A DNA stretch of 32,000 nt from [Bacillus] selenitireducens MLS10 (GTDB lineage: Bacteria; Bacillota; Bacilli; Bacillales; Salisediminibacteriaceae): NCBI RefSeq assembly GCF_000093085.1, contig NC_014219.1:1634384-1666383 (forward strand), read 5' to 3'. Under the pieces are notes generated by a model. It did no database searches and was not told the origin of the DNA. It saw nothing but the letters and a program-made list of their open reading frames with translations. The first letter of the stretch is position 1. Each line of letters opens with the position of its first letter. A program made the translations under genes and the position numbers. Positions 8,872-16,158 of this stretch are shown piece after piece.

Positions 8872-8982
8872 GTCTGAGGATTGAAGCTGGATCAGGGGTA
8901 ACGACAATTGGATGCTGAGAAGAAATGGGTACTATCTGGGCACTTAACCATTTTGGAGCTGCTAGTGCAACCGGCCGGAGAC
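8872..8982 (+). promoter_or_regulatory. Candidate c-di-GMP-II riboswitch aptamer in the 5' leader of the pilin genes (core 8921-8978; outer boundary uncertain)
   Basis: Four ordered blocks are present: AAATGGGT (8923-8930), TGGGCACTT (8937-8945), CATTTTGG (8949-8956) and TAGTGCAACCG (8963-8973). They reproduce, with the same 6-nt spacing between the first two, the core of the class II c-di-GMP aptamer as I remember it (...GAAUGGGUUUAAAUUGGGCACUUGACUCAUUUUGAGUUAGUAGUGCAACCGACCG...). GCACT and AGTGC can pair. P1 could not be assigned cleanly. Confidence 0.7.
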
Positions 8983-9007
8983 ATTTTTTTGTTTTGGCCG
9001 GTTTTTT
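8969..9007 (+). terminator. Intrinsic terminator acting as the riboswitch expression platform
   Basis: AACCGGCC (8969-8976) pairs with GGCCGGTT (8996-9003) and is followed by a T-run to 9007. The 5' arm is the conserved 3' end of the aptamer core. Confidence 0.6.
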
Positions 9008-9062
9008 ATATTCATTGATTGGGATTGATTCCGTACGAATTTTGTACTTCTTATAGGGGGGG

Positions 9063-9551
9063 ATGAAGATGAGGTTACGGATCAAAAGAACCGGAAACCA
9101 AAAAGGACTTACACTCGTTGAACTGCTCGCGGTCATCGTGATTCTCGGGATTATTGCGGCGATAGCTGTTCCGGCCATCGGATCGATTATCGAAAATTCC
9201 CGAAAAGACGCTCAGATTGCCAACGCCGAAAATATATACAATGCAGCAAGGCTGGCTGTTGCGTCAGAGAGCATTGTTGCATCGGACACGGATACGTGGA
9301 CTTTTTACGCAACTGAAGCCGAGACAGATAATACAGATACCTCGAGAACGGACAGCAGACTCAATCTCCTCGAAGAACGGTATCTGGACACCACTCCGCA
9401 GGATCCGCACGGAGACGGCGTGTATACAGATGCTTATATTACTTACGATGGCAGTGAGTACACGGTTGTTTTAAATGAATATTTCGGTGCAGGTGGCACC
9501 GCGATTTCCACAATCCGCTCGAGTGACCGGGATATCGTGAACCTGGATTAA
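9063..9551 (+). CDS. pilA: Type IV prepilin (pilin 1)
   Basis: Class III signal peptide ...NQKG|LTLVELLAVIVILGIIAAIAVP with Glu at +5. G-rich RBS at 9055-9062. ATG 9069 is an alternative start. Confidence 0.9.
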   Translation: MKMRLRIKRTGNQKGLTLVELLAVIVILGIIAAIAVPAIGSIIENSRKDAQIANAENIYNAARLAVASESIVASDTDTWTFYATEAETDNTDTSRTDSRLNLLEERYLDTTPQDPHGDGVYTDAYITYDGSEYTVVLNEYFGAGGTAISTIRSSDRDIVNLD

Positions 9552-9661
9552 GGAAGCTTCACATCAGAAAGCCGTTCTGACGGGAGTGGTCGTCCATTTT
9601 GATTGGGGATTACTTCATGAAGAACATCAAATAAAATATATTAAAAAAGGGAGAGATAAAC

Positions 9662-10132
9662 ATGAAAAAATGGTTGAAGAATCAAAAAGGTTTGACGCTT
9701 GTTGAACTGTTGGCAGTCATCGTGATTTTGGGGATCATTGCAGCGATTGCCGTTCCGGCGATTGGGAACATCATTGAGAACAGCAGGAAAGACGCGCAGA
9801 TTGCGAATGCGGAGGCATTGTATGATGCGGCAAGATTGGCACAGGCTGGGGATAATATAAGTGGGGATGTTACGTTTATTGCAGTTGAAGAAAATGATGA
9901 TAATTATATTGTGCCTCCCGAAAATGATAATACAGATGAATATTCACTAGTTAATTACATCGAATCTTCTTTTCCGGAAAGTGACTCGTTCAGTGATAGC
10001 TATATTAGTGCAGTAGTAGCTGTTGTGGATGGCGAGTATACAATTACTCTTGAAGGGCTTGAAGGGACGTATATTGATGCTACGATCCAAGAAATAAGAG
10101 AAGATGGACGAGATGTTGTTGAAGCTCCGTAA
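9662..10132 (+). CDS. Type IV prepilin (pilin 2, paralog of pilin 1)
   Basis: MKKWLKNQKG|LTLVELLAVIVILGIIAAIAVPAIGNIIENSRKDAQIANAE is nearly identical at protein level to pilin 1 for about 55 aa. The C-terminal domain is divergent and AT-rich. AAGGGAGAG RBS. Confidence 0.9.
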   Translation: MKKWLKNQKGLTLVELLAVIVILGIIAAIAVPAIGNIIENSRKDAQIANAEALYDAARLAQAGDNISGDVTFIAVEENDDNYIVPPENDNTDEYSLVNYIESSFPESDSFSDSYISAVVAVVDGEYTITLEGLEGTYIDATIQEIREDGRDVVEAP

Positions 10133-10174
10133 TCAATAATTATATATATAGTTTTTCGCCGATTTCAACCAGCT

Positions 10175-10204
10175 CTTCAGGAGTATTCCTGAGGGGCTTT
10201 TTTC
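10175..10204 (+). terminator. Intrinsic terminator after the pilin pair
   Basis: CTTCAGGA-gtat-TCCTGAGG stem followed by GGC and TTTTTT. Confidence 0.75.
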
Positions 10205-10288
10205 TAAAAGGATCTGCCGGTTTGTTTCTTTATCTTATCCCCTTACCGGTTTCATTTTGGACTTTAAAAATGAAAGGAGATTATTCGT

Positions 10289-11050
10289 GTGGATGGGTTG
10301 TGGTTCACCTATTTTGTCATTACCGGACTTGTAATGGGCTCCTTTTATAACGTTGTCGGCCTCCGCGTCCCTGCCGGCGAATCCTTTACCGGCAAGGCCC
10401 GATCCAAATGCCCGTCATGCGGGAAAACACTCGGTGCACCGGAACTGATCCCGGTCCTTTCCTGGTTCTTGTTACGGGGAAGATGCAAGGGCTGCGGGAA
10501 GCGGATCTCCCCGATGTATCCCCTGATGGAGCTTGTTACCGGGGTCTTGTTTGGTCTGGCCTTTTTACATATCGGGCTCAGTATGGAGCTTGTCGTGGCA
10601 TTGCTCTTCTTGTCGATGCTCGTGATCATTACGGTGAGTGACCTCTCAACGATGCTTATTCCTGACAAGGTGCTGCTTTTTTTCGGGATACCGATCCTTC
10701 TCTTACGTATGTCGGTGGCGCCTTTGGATCCTTGGTGGACAGCCTTTGCCGGTGCCGGGCTTGGATTTGGTATTTTGCTTCTTCTCGCAGTCGCGTCACG
10801 CGGCGGAATGGGAGGAGGGGATATTAAACTTTACCTCGTCATCGGTTTTGTGCTCGGACCGATCGAGACGGTGCTGTCACTGTTTCTCGCGGCACTCGTG
10901 GGACTCGTGTATGGCCTTCCCCGAATTGTGAAGAGACAGACGGGGCGTGGGAATCCGATTCCATTCGGTCCGTTTATTGCCCTCGGGGCTGTGATCGCCT
11001 ACTTTATGGGGGGTGCGATCCTTGACTGGTATGTCGGTTTGCTCTTTTAA
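10289..11050 (+). CDS. pilD: Prepilin peptidase / N-methyltransferase (A24 family)
   Basis: GTG start 8 nt after AAAGGAGA. It has the zinc-finger CPSCG...CKGCG, both catalytic Asp contexts (TVSDLSTMLIPD and GGGDIKL) and about 6-8 TM helices. It is positionally equivalent to B. subtilis comC. Confidence 0.92.
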   Translation: MDGLWFTYFVITGLVMGSFYNVVGLRVPAGESFTGKARSKCPSCGKTLGAPELIPVLSWFLLRGRCKGCGKRISPMYPLMELVTGVLFGLAFLHIGLSMELVVALLFLSMLVIITVSDLSTMLIPDKVLLFFGIPILLLRMSVAPLDPWWTAFAGAGLGFGILLLLAVASRGGMGGGDIKLYLVIGFVLGPIETVLSLFLAALVGLVYGLPRIVKRQTGRGNPIPFGPFIALGAVIAYFMGGAILDWYVGLLF

Positions 11051-11119
11051 AAGAATCCGTCAGAAAGTGCAATCTGCGCTGTATATTGTCATGTTTTTAC
11101 TGTAGAATAGGGACTAGAC

Positions 11120-11155
11120 GGCACGGATCAAGACCGGTAGTACCGGATCGGTGCC
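11120..11155 (+). promoter_or_regulatory. Imperfect inverted repeat / hairpin in the pilM leader
   Basis: GGCACGGATC..CCGGTA-g-TACCGG-ATCGGTGCC lies downstream of a TGtTAGAAT extended -10-like box at about 11099-11107. Confidence 0.3.
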
Positions 11156-11204
11156 AAAGACCCGAAACAATCGTGTATGTCAGAGAGAAGGCAGGGATGC
11201 AGGA

Positions 11205-12188
11205 ATGGATATCGTATTAAACAAACCGACGAAGCATGTCATGATCATCCACGATCACGTCATTCGCTACGTGAAAGGAAGAGGGAGCACCCTTGACGAT
11301 CTGAAGGTCGTGCGGAACCGTTTTTTGCCCCCCGGGACGATCGAGGGTGGCGTCATTAAAGAGACGGAAACGTTTCAGGCGATCATCGGTGAACTGAAGC
11401 GGCAATACAAGATGGCGAAGGGTGAACTGTACATAACGCTGCCGAATGAGACGAACCTCATCCGGCGTCACCAGGTACCGGCGGATGTGCCGGATCACGA
11501 ACTGAAGGGGTATATCTTCAATCAGCTTGGGAAAGAATTGCATTTGCCGATGGAAGACCCTGTTTTTGATCTCTGTATCATGAGTGAACAGAATGCCGAG
11601 AAGGATCTCCTCTTGTTCATCACAGCCCAGGAGATCATTGACAGCTATTTGCGTCTCTTTTACGAACTGAAGCTTGAACCGGTGGTCTTGGATTACGCGG
11701 CGATTTCCCTTGAGCGCTTCATTGAAGGAACCGGGGCTGCGTCTGTCGAGGGGCATTACGCCCTCGTGACGTGCTTTCCTACCGCCGTGACGGTGACGAT
11801 CTTTCACGGTGAGTTCCCGCTGATCACGCGAACGATCCCCACCATGGTGAGTGCGGATCATTGGCAGGTGAACGGGGAAGCGAGCGATGACATTAGCTGG
11901 ACGGGTCCGATGGATGAACTGGAGAGCGCTTGGCAAGACAACGGGGCGGAGATCGAGCGTCTGTTATCCTTTTACCAGTTCAACTACCGGCAGGGAGAAG
12001 GCGGCGTGGACCGGGTCATCATAACGGGTGATCATCCGGAGCTGAACCGGTTCTTCCATCACGTTTCGGAGCGTCTTGACGGGCCTGATGTGAAGCTTCT
12101 TGACGTTATGATGGATAAAAAAGGCTTTACGATTGACCCTCACCACTTCGAAGCCGTGGGATTACTGATGAAGGGTGAGGTGAAGTAA
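11205..12188 (+). CDS. pilM: Type IV pilus assembly protein PilM (actin-like ATPase fold)
   Basis: I prefer ATG 11205 (MDIVLNKPT...) with an upstream GAGAAGGCAGGG RBS. The ORF-track GTG 11151 lies inside the leader hairpin. Size and position before pilN/pilO fit PilM. Confidence 0.85.
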   Translation: MDIVLNKPTKHVMIIHDHVIRYVKGRGSTLDDLKVVRNRFLPPGTIEGGVIKETETFQAIIGELKRQYKMAKGELYITLPNETNLIRRHQVPADVPDHELKGYIFNQLGKELHLPMEDPVFDLCIMSEQNAEKDLLLFITAQEIIDSYLRLFYELKLEPVVLDYAAISLERFIEGTGAASVEGHYALVTCFPTAVTVTIFHGEFPLITRTIPTMVSADHWQVNGEASDDISWTGPMDELESAWQDNGAEIERLLSFYQFNYRQGEGGVDRVIITGDHPELNRFFHHVSERLDGPDVKLLDVMMDKKGFTIDPHHFEAVGLLMKGEVK

Positions 12189-12845
12189 ATGGCTGTTGAG
12201 ATTAATCTGTTACGTAAAGGCACGAAAAAAACCTCAACCTTCCGCTCGGCGATGATTCTCGCCGTTCTCGTCGTGATCCTGATCAATCTACTGATCGTTT
12301 ATGTCGGGGTACAGGCGGACCGGGAAGCGGCGGCTCTTGAACAGGAGCGCCTGATTCTAGAACAACAGGCCGAAGCGCTGAATCAGGAAATTGCCGAGCT
12401 CTCCGTCGGGGAACATCAGCTGTTGTTTGATGCCGTGGATGAAGTGGAAGGGATGATGATTTCGTCTTCACAGCTTCTTTTGGAGATGGTGAGACTCATG
12501 CCGGAAGAAGGCTATATGGTCTCCTATGACTATGTCTATCCGGATACGCTCTCCATGTCATTCATTTATCTTGAGCTTCCGCAGGTCGCGTATTACCTGG
12601 ATGCCCTGACGGCGTCCCCTTATGTCGACAGCGTCGATGTGCAGACGATCACCGGTGAAGCGATGGAAGAAGCGGTCATGGAGGACGCTGAGGCAGAGGA
12701 AGAAGATCTGCCGTTCTGGTATGAAGAGTTCCTCCCGAACTATTTCACAACCTATGACATCACCCTCGATGTCGCGGCTCTGATCGATAGAGATACGGAT
12801 GAAAGCGAAGAAGAGGACGATGAGGAGGGTGATGACGATGAATAG
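12189..12845 (+). CDS. pilN: PilN-like bitopic pilus alignment protein with an acidic C-terminal tail
   Basis: It starts 1 nt after the pilM stop. The N-terminus has the INLL box (MAVEINLLRK), followed by one TM helix and a coiled-coil segment. The poly-D/E C-terminus is atypical. Confidence 0.75.
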   Translation: MAVEINLLRKGTKKTSTFRSAMILAVLVVILINLLIVYVGVQADREAAALEQERLILEQQAEALNQEIAELSVGEHQLLFDAVDEVEGMMISSSQLLLEMVRLMPEEGYMVSYDYVYPDTLSMSFIYLELPQVAYYLDALTASPYVDSVDVQTITGEAMEEAVMEDAEAEEEDLPFWYEEFLPNYFTTYDITLDVAALIDRDTDESEEEDDEEGDDDE

Positions 12846-13602
12846 ACGGGAACGTGTTCTGCTTTATATCGTCTTCGGACTTATTGCCCTTGCAAGTTTT
12901 TACGGATCGTATACGCTGGTGACAGGACCCGCCATCGATGAGCGTGACCGCCTCGAGCGGAGCGTGGAAGCGGAAGAGGCTCAGGTCGATGCCCTCGAGG
13001 TCCAGCTTCTTGAGCGCCAGCGGGAATTTGAAGCGGGGGATACGAATACGGTGAATGCCCAGCGGAAGATGCCGGTTCCGCCGTTGACCGATCAGGTGCT
13101 CCTCGGGCTGAATCAGGCGCAGGAACTGAGTGGTGCCGTGATCCAGGACATCTTCATCAGTACGGAAGACGTGGTTGAACCTTTGCATCTCCTTACTGCG
13201 GAGGAAGACGAAGCGGCCGGAGGGCAGACGGCGGAGGATCTGATCGCAGAGAGCGAAGGAGAGGCGCCGCCTGAGGAGACGGATCCTGCGGAAGAGGCTG
13301 TGGAAAACACGGCTCTTGACGGGGTGCACCGTCAGATCTTCACCCTCGACGTGAAGGTAAATGCCTATGAGCGTCTGGCTGCGTTTTTGAATGAGCTTGA
13401 GGCCCTTGATCGCATCATGAATGTGGAGATGATCTATTTCACCGGGGCTGACGAGGTACAGATTTTCGAAGGGGACAGTGATATCTTTTTTGAAGTCACC
13501 GTCGCGACGTACCATTATCCGGGGCTTGATTCCCTCTTGGATGAGACCCCTGAACCGCATTACCTGCCGTCACCGAACCGTGACCAGCCGTTTTCAGACT
13601 GA
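12838..13602 (+). CDS. pilO: PilO-like bitopic pilus alignment protein
   Basis: ATG 12838 overlaps the pilN stop (ATGAATAG). The protein starts MNRRERVLLYIVFGLIALASF (TM helix), followed by a coiled coil and an alpha/beta C-terminal domain. The call rests mainly on architecture and gene order. Confidence 0.65.
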   Translation: MNRRERVLLYIVFGLIALASFYGSYTLVTGPAIDERDRLERSVEAEEAQVDALEVQLLERQREFEAGDTNTVNAQRKMPVPPLTDQVLLGLNQAQELSGAVIQDIFISTEDVVEPLHLLTAEEDEAAGGQTAEDLIAESEGEAPPEETDPAEEAVENTALDGVHRQIFTLDVKVNAYERLAAFLNELEALDRIMNVEMIYFTGADEVQIFEGDSDIFFEVTVATYHYPGLDSLLDETPEPHYLPSPNRDQPFSD

Positions 13603-13641
13603 CGGATATGCAGCTTTCTGACTGGAAGAAAGGAGCGGACG

Positions 13642-13974
13642 ATGAAGAAGAAATCAGGAAGGATTATTTCTCTTGACCATCATCGTAAAGGGCGTACCGC
13701 TAATGAAGCCGAGACGAGCCAGAAGACAGCGGAAGGGAATAATCTCGTAGATTTCTCTTCCCGTAAGAAGCAAAAAGAGATTATGTTCGATATGTATGAG
13801 GACGACGGGGAGAGCTCCTCAGGACCGAGACTGCCCTTTCATGACCGCCGTCATCGGGCGATGACCGAGTACCAGCGGGGGCCGTTTTTCTGGATCCTTC
13901 TGATCGGTTTGCCCCTCGGTTTTTTTGCAAGTGTCGCGTTTATGTCCTGGCTTCTCATTACCTATTTCTATTAA
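13642..13974 (+). CDS. Hypothetical tail-anchored membrane protein (basic N-terminus, one C-terminal TM helix)
   Basis: AAAGGAG RBS 7 nt upstream. It lies 39 nt after pilO with no terminator in between. It has no prepilin motif and I recognise no family. Confidence 0.5.
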   Translation: MKKKSGRIISLDHHRKGRTANEAETSQKTAEGNNLVDFSSRKKQKEIMFDMYEDDGESSSGPRLPFHDRRHRAMTEYQRGPFFWILLIGLPLGFFASVAFMSWLLITYFY

Positions 13975-14007
13975 CGAAACCAACGGTTATAAAAGGAGAT
14001 ACTCAAC

Positions 14008-15435
14008 ATGGCAAATGAAGCATTATTTCGCGTGGAAAAAGATTTGATGGGAGAAAAAGAGATTCCTGTATCGGCCTACTACGGAATACAGACCGTCCGG
14101 GCGAAGGAGAACTTCCCGATCACGGGTTATCCGATTCATGAGGAACTGATCCGCTCGTTGGGCTATGTGAAAAAAGCGGCGGCGAAGGCGAATATGGAAG
14201 TGGGTGTGTTGAACAAGCGGATCGGGGAAGCGATCATGAAGGCCTCTGACGACGTCATCTCCGGGAGTCTCAATGAACACTTCATCGTCGACAGTATCCA
14301 GGGCGGTGCCGGGACGTCGATGAACATGAACGCCAACGAAGTCATCGCGAACCGGGCGATCGAGTACCTCGGCGGGAAAAAAGGTGACTACCTGAAGGTC
14401 AGTCCGAATACCCATGTCAATATGGCACAGTCGACGAACGATGCCCTTCCGACGGCGATCCATCTGGCCGGTCTGTTTCTCTCAGATGGGCTGATTGAGG
14501 AACTTGAAATGCTGATTGAGTCCCTTGCCAAAAAAGAAGAGGAATTCGACAGCGTGATCAAAATGGGCCGGACGCACCTCCAGGATGCCGTACCGATCCG
14601 GCTCGGCCAGGAGTTCGGCTCCTACCGTCGGCTGTTGAACCGGGATTTAAAACGGATCCAGCGCTCCGTGGATCAGCTCTATGAAGTGAACATGGGGGCA
14701 ACCGCCGTCGGAACGGGCTTAAACGCGATGCCGGAGTACATCGAAGCGGTCACGAAGAACCTCGCGGAAATGAGCGGCATGCCGATTCACGGGGCGGAGA
14801 ATCTCGTCGATGCGACGCAGAATACCGATTCCTACACACAGCTCTCGAGTGCGATGAAGATTATGGCGATCAACCTCTCGAAGATGGCCAATGACCTGCG
14901 TCTCATGAGCTCAGGACCAAGAACGGGCTTTAACGAGATCAACCTGCCGCCCCGGCAGGCGGGCTCGTCGATCATGCCGGGGAAGGTCAATCCCGTCATG
15001 TGTGAAGTCGTCAATCAGGTGTCGTTTCAGGTGATCGGTAATGACCAGACGATCAGTCTTGCTTCCGAAGCGGGGCAGCTCGAACTGAACGTCATGGGGC
15101 CGGTTCTCGTCTTTAATCTCCTGCAGTCGTTTACCGTTCTCCGAAACGGCATCCGTGTCTTCCGTGAATATGCGGTGGACGGTATCGAAGCCAATACGGA
15201 GCGGAACCGGGAGATGGTTGAGAACAGCGTCGGGATCATCACGGCGATTAACCCTCACGTCGGCTATGAGACCGCGGCGCGGATCGCCAAGGAAGCGATC
15301 CAGTCCGGCCGATCGGTCCGGGAGATCTGCATCGAGCGGGGTATCCTCTCGGAGGAAGAGCTCGACCGCATTCTCGATCCGGTGGAGATGACGAACCCGG
15401 GGATCGCCGCAAAGGAACTCATATTCGGCGAATGA
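14008..15435 (+). CDS. aspA: Aspartate ammonia-lyase (aspartase)
   Basis: It carries the fumarate-lyase signature GSSIMPGKVNP. The N-terminus FRVEKDLMGEKEIPVSAYYGIQTVRAKENFPITG is the aspartase type rather than the class II fumarase type. Confidence 0.88.
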   Translation: MANEALFRVEKDLMGEKEIPVSAYYGIQTVRAKENFPITGYPIHEELIRSLGYVKKAAAKANMEVGVLNKRIGEAIMKASDDVISGSLNEHFIVDSIQGGAGTSMNMNANEVIANRAIEYLGGKKGDYLKVSPNTHVNMAQSTNDALPTAIHLAGLFLSDGLIEELEMLIESLAKKEEEFDSVIKMGRTHLQDAVPIRLGQEFGSYRRLLNRDLKRIQRSVDQLYEVNMGATAVGTGLNAMPEYIEAVTKNLAEMSGMPIHGAENLVDATQNTDSYTQLSSAMKIMAINLSKMANDLRLMSSGPRTGFNEINLPPRQAGSSIMPGKVNPVMCEVVNQVSFQVIGNDQTISLASEAGQLELNVMGPVLVFNLLQSFTVLRNGIRVFREYAVDGIEANTERNREMVENSVGIITAINPHVGYETAARIAKEAIQSGRSVREICIERGILSEEELDRILDPVEMTNPGIAAKELIFGE

Positions 15436-15482
15436 ATGTTTGTCTTTCCTGTGAACAAACACGGAATCGAATTGTTATTTCA

Positions 15483-15522
15483 GGAAGAGTTCATTATGAT
15501 AAATAGTGAACTCTTCCTTTTA
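15483..15522 (+). terminator. Intrinsic terminator after aspA
   Basis: A perfect 11-bp stem GGAAGAGTTCA/TGAACTCTTCC followed by TTTTAT. Confidence 0.8.
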
Positions 15523-15560
15523 TCACGGTGATTCATCTGATGATCAAAGGAGGAAAATGT

Positions 15561-16124
15561 ATGCAACCACTGATACTCGCGTCCAAATCCCCGCGCAGGC
15601 AGGAGCTGTTGAAGCAGGTGAAGATCCCCTTCGACGTCATCCCGAGCGACGTGGACGAGGCGCAGTACCCCATGAAATCCGGACCGGAAGAGTATGTGGA
15701 GACCCTTGCCCGTGCCAAGGCCACCCACGTCCTTGATCAGCATCCAGACCGGACGGTTCTTGGCTCCGACACCGTCGTCGTTGTGGACGGTGAGATTCTC
15801 GGTAAGCCAAAGGACAGTCAGGACGCAAGACGGATGCTCAGGCAGCTCTCCGGAAAGGTGCACACAGTCTTAAGCGGCGTGGCCATTTTGAGTGAAGACG
15901 GGGAAACCGTCTTTCATGGCCGGGCGGATGTGCGATTTTTTCCGCTCACCGACGAAGACATTCAAACATACATAGACAGCGGTGAACCGTTCGATAAAGC
16001 GGGTGCTTACGGCATTCAGGGCTTCGGTGCGATGCTGGTGGAGGAGATCCGGGGGGATTACTTTACCATCGTCGGCATGCCGGTGGCCCAGGTGGTTCGT
16101 GCATTGCGTTCATTTTCACACTAA
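15561..16124 (+). CDS. maf: Maf-like nucleoside triphosphate pyrophosphatase (septum formation protein Maf)
   Basis: ATG 15561 lies 7 nt after AAAGGAGG. MQPLILASKSPRRQELL... is the typical Maf N-terminus, with GAYGIQG near the C-terminus. Synteny with radC-mreB supports the call. Confidence 0.9.
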   Translation: MQPLILASKSPRRQELLKQVKIPFDVIPSDVDEAQYPMKSGPEEYVETLARAKATHVLDQHPDRTVLGSDTVVVVDGEILGKPKDSQDARRMLRQLSGKVHTVLSGVAILSEDGETVFHGRADVRFFPLTDEDIQTYIDSGEPFDKAGAYGIQGFGAMLVEEIRGDYFTIVGMPVAQVVRALRSFSH

Positions 16125-16158
16125 CCTTGGTCCAAATGGACAAACAGGAGGAAATGAC

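Noticed and set aside
8700-9062. Class I (GEMM) c-di-GMP riboswitch in the pilin leader.
   Set aside because: I looked for the GEMM-I hallmarks (a GNRA tetraloop with its receptor pair, and the GGCAAACC / ACGCAAAGC-type boxes) and did not see them. The conserved blocks present match class II instead.
8828-9178. 116-aa minus-strand ORF spanning the pilC-pilin intergenic region.
   Set aside because: It overlaps the riboswitch-like leader, the terminator and the pilin start. It has no RBS and no recognisable motif. The region is better explained as a structured + strand leader.
9552-9661. A second riboswitch or terminator between the two pilin genes.
   Set aside because: Only a 6-bp hairpin (TCAGAA/TTCTGA) without a T-run is present. 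There is no similarity to the upstream aptamer-like blocks.
10141-10150. (TA)5 dinucleotide run after pilin 2.
   Set aside because: It is too short to be a meaningful microsatellite or phase-variation tract, and it lies in an AT-rich 3' UTR.
4672-13602. Interpreting the locus as a comG-type competence pseudopilus.
   Set aside because: A PilT retraction ATPase and the PilM/N/O alignment proteins are present. No comGD-GG-type minor pseudopilin string is present. This is a T4P-type locus, not a comG operon.
15982-16158. Long 5' extension of radC (ORF-track start 15982) overlapping maf by 143 nt.
   Set aside because: The extension has no homology-like features. A strong AGGAGG RBS precedes ATG 16159, which gives a RadC of canonical length.
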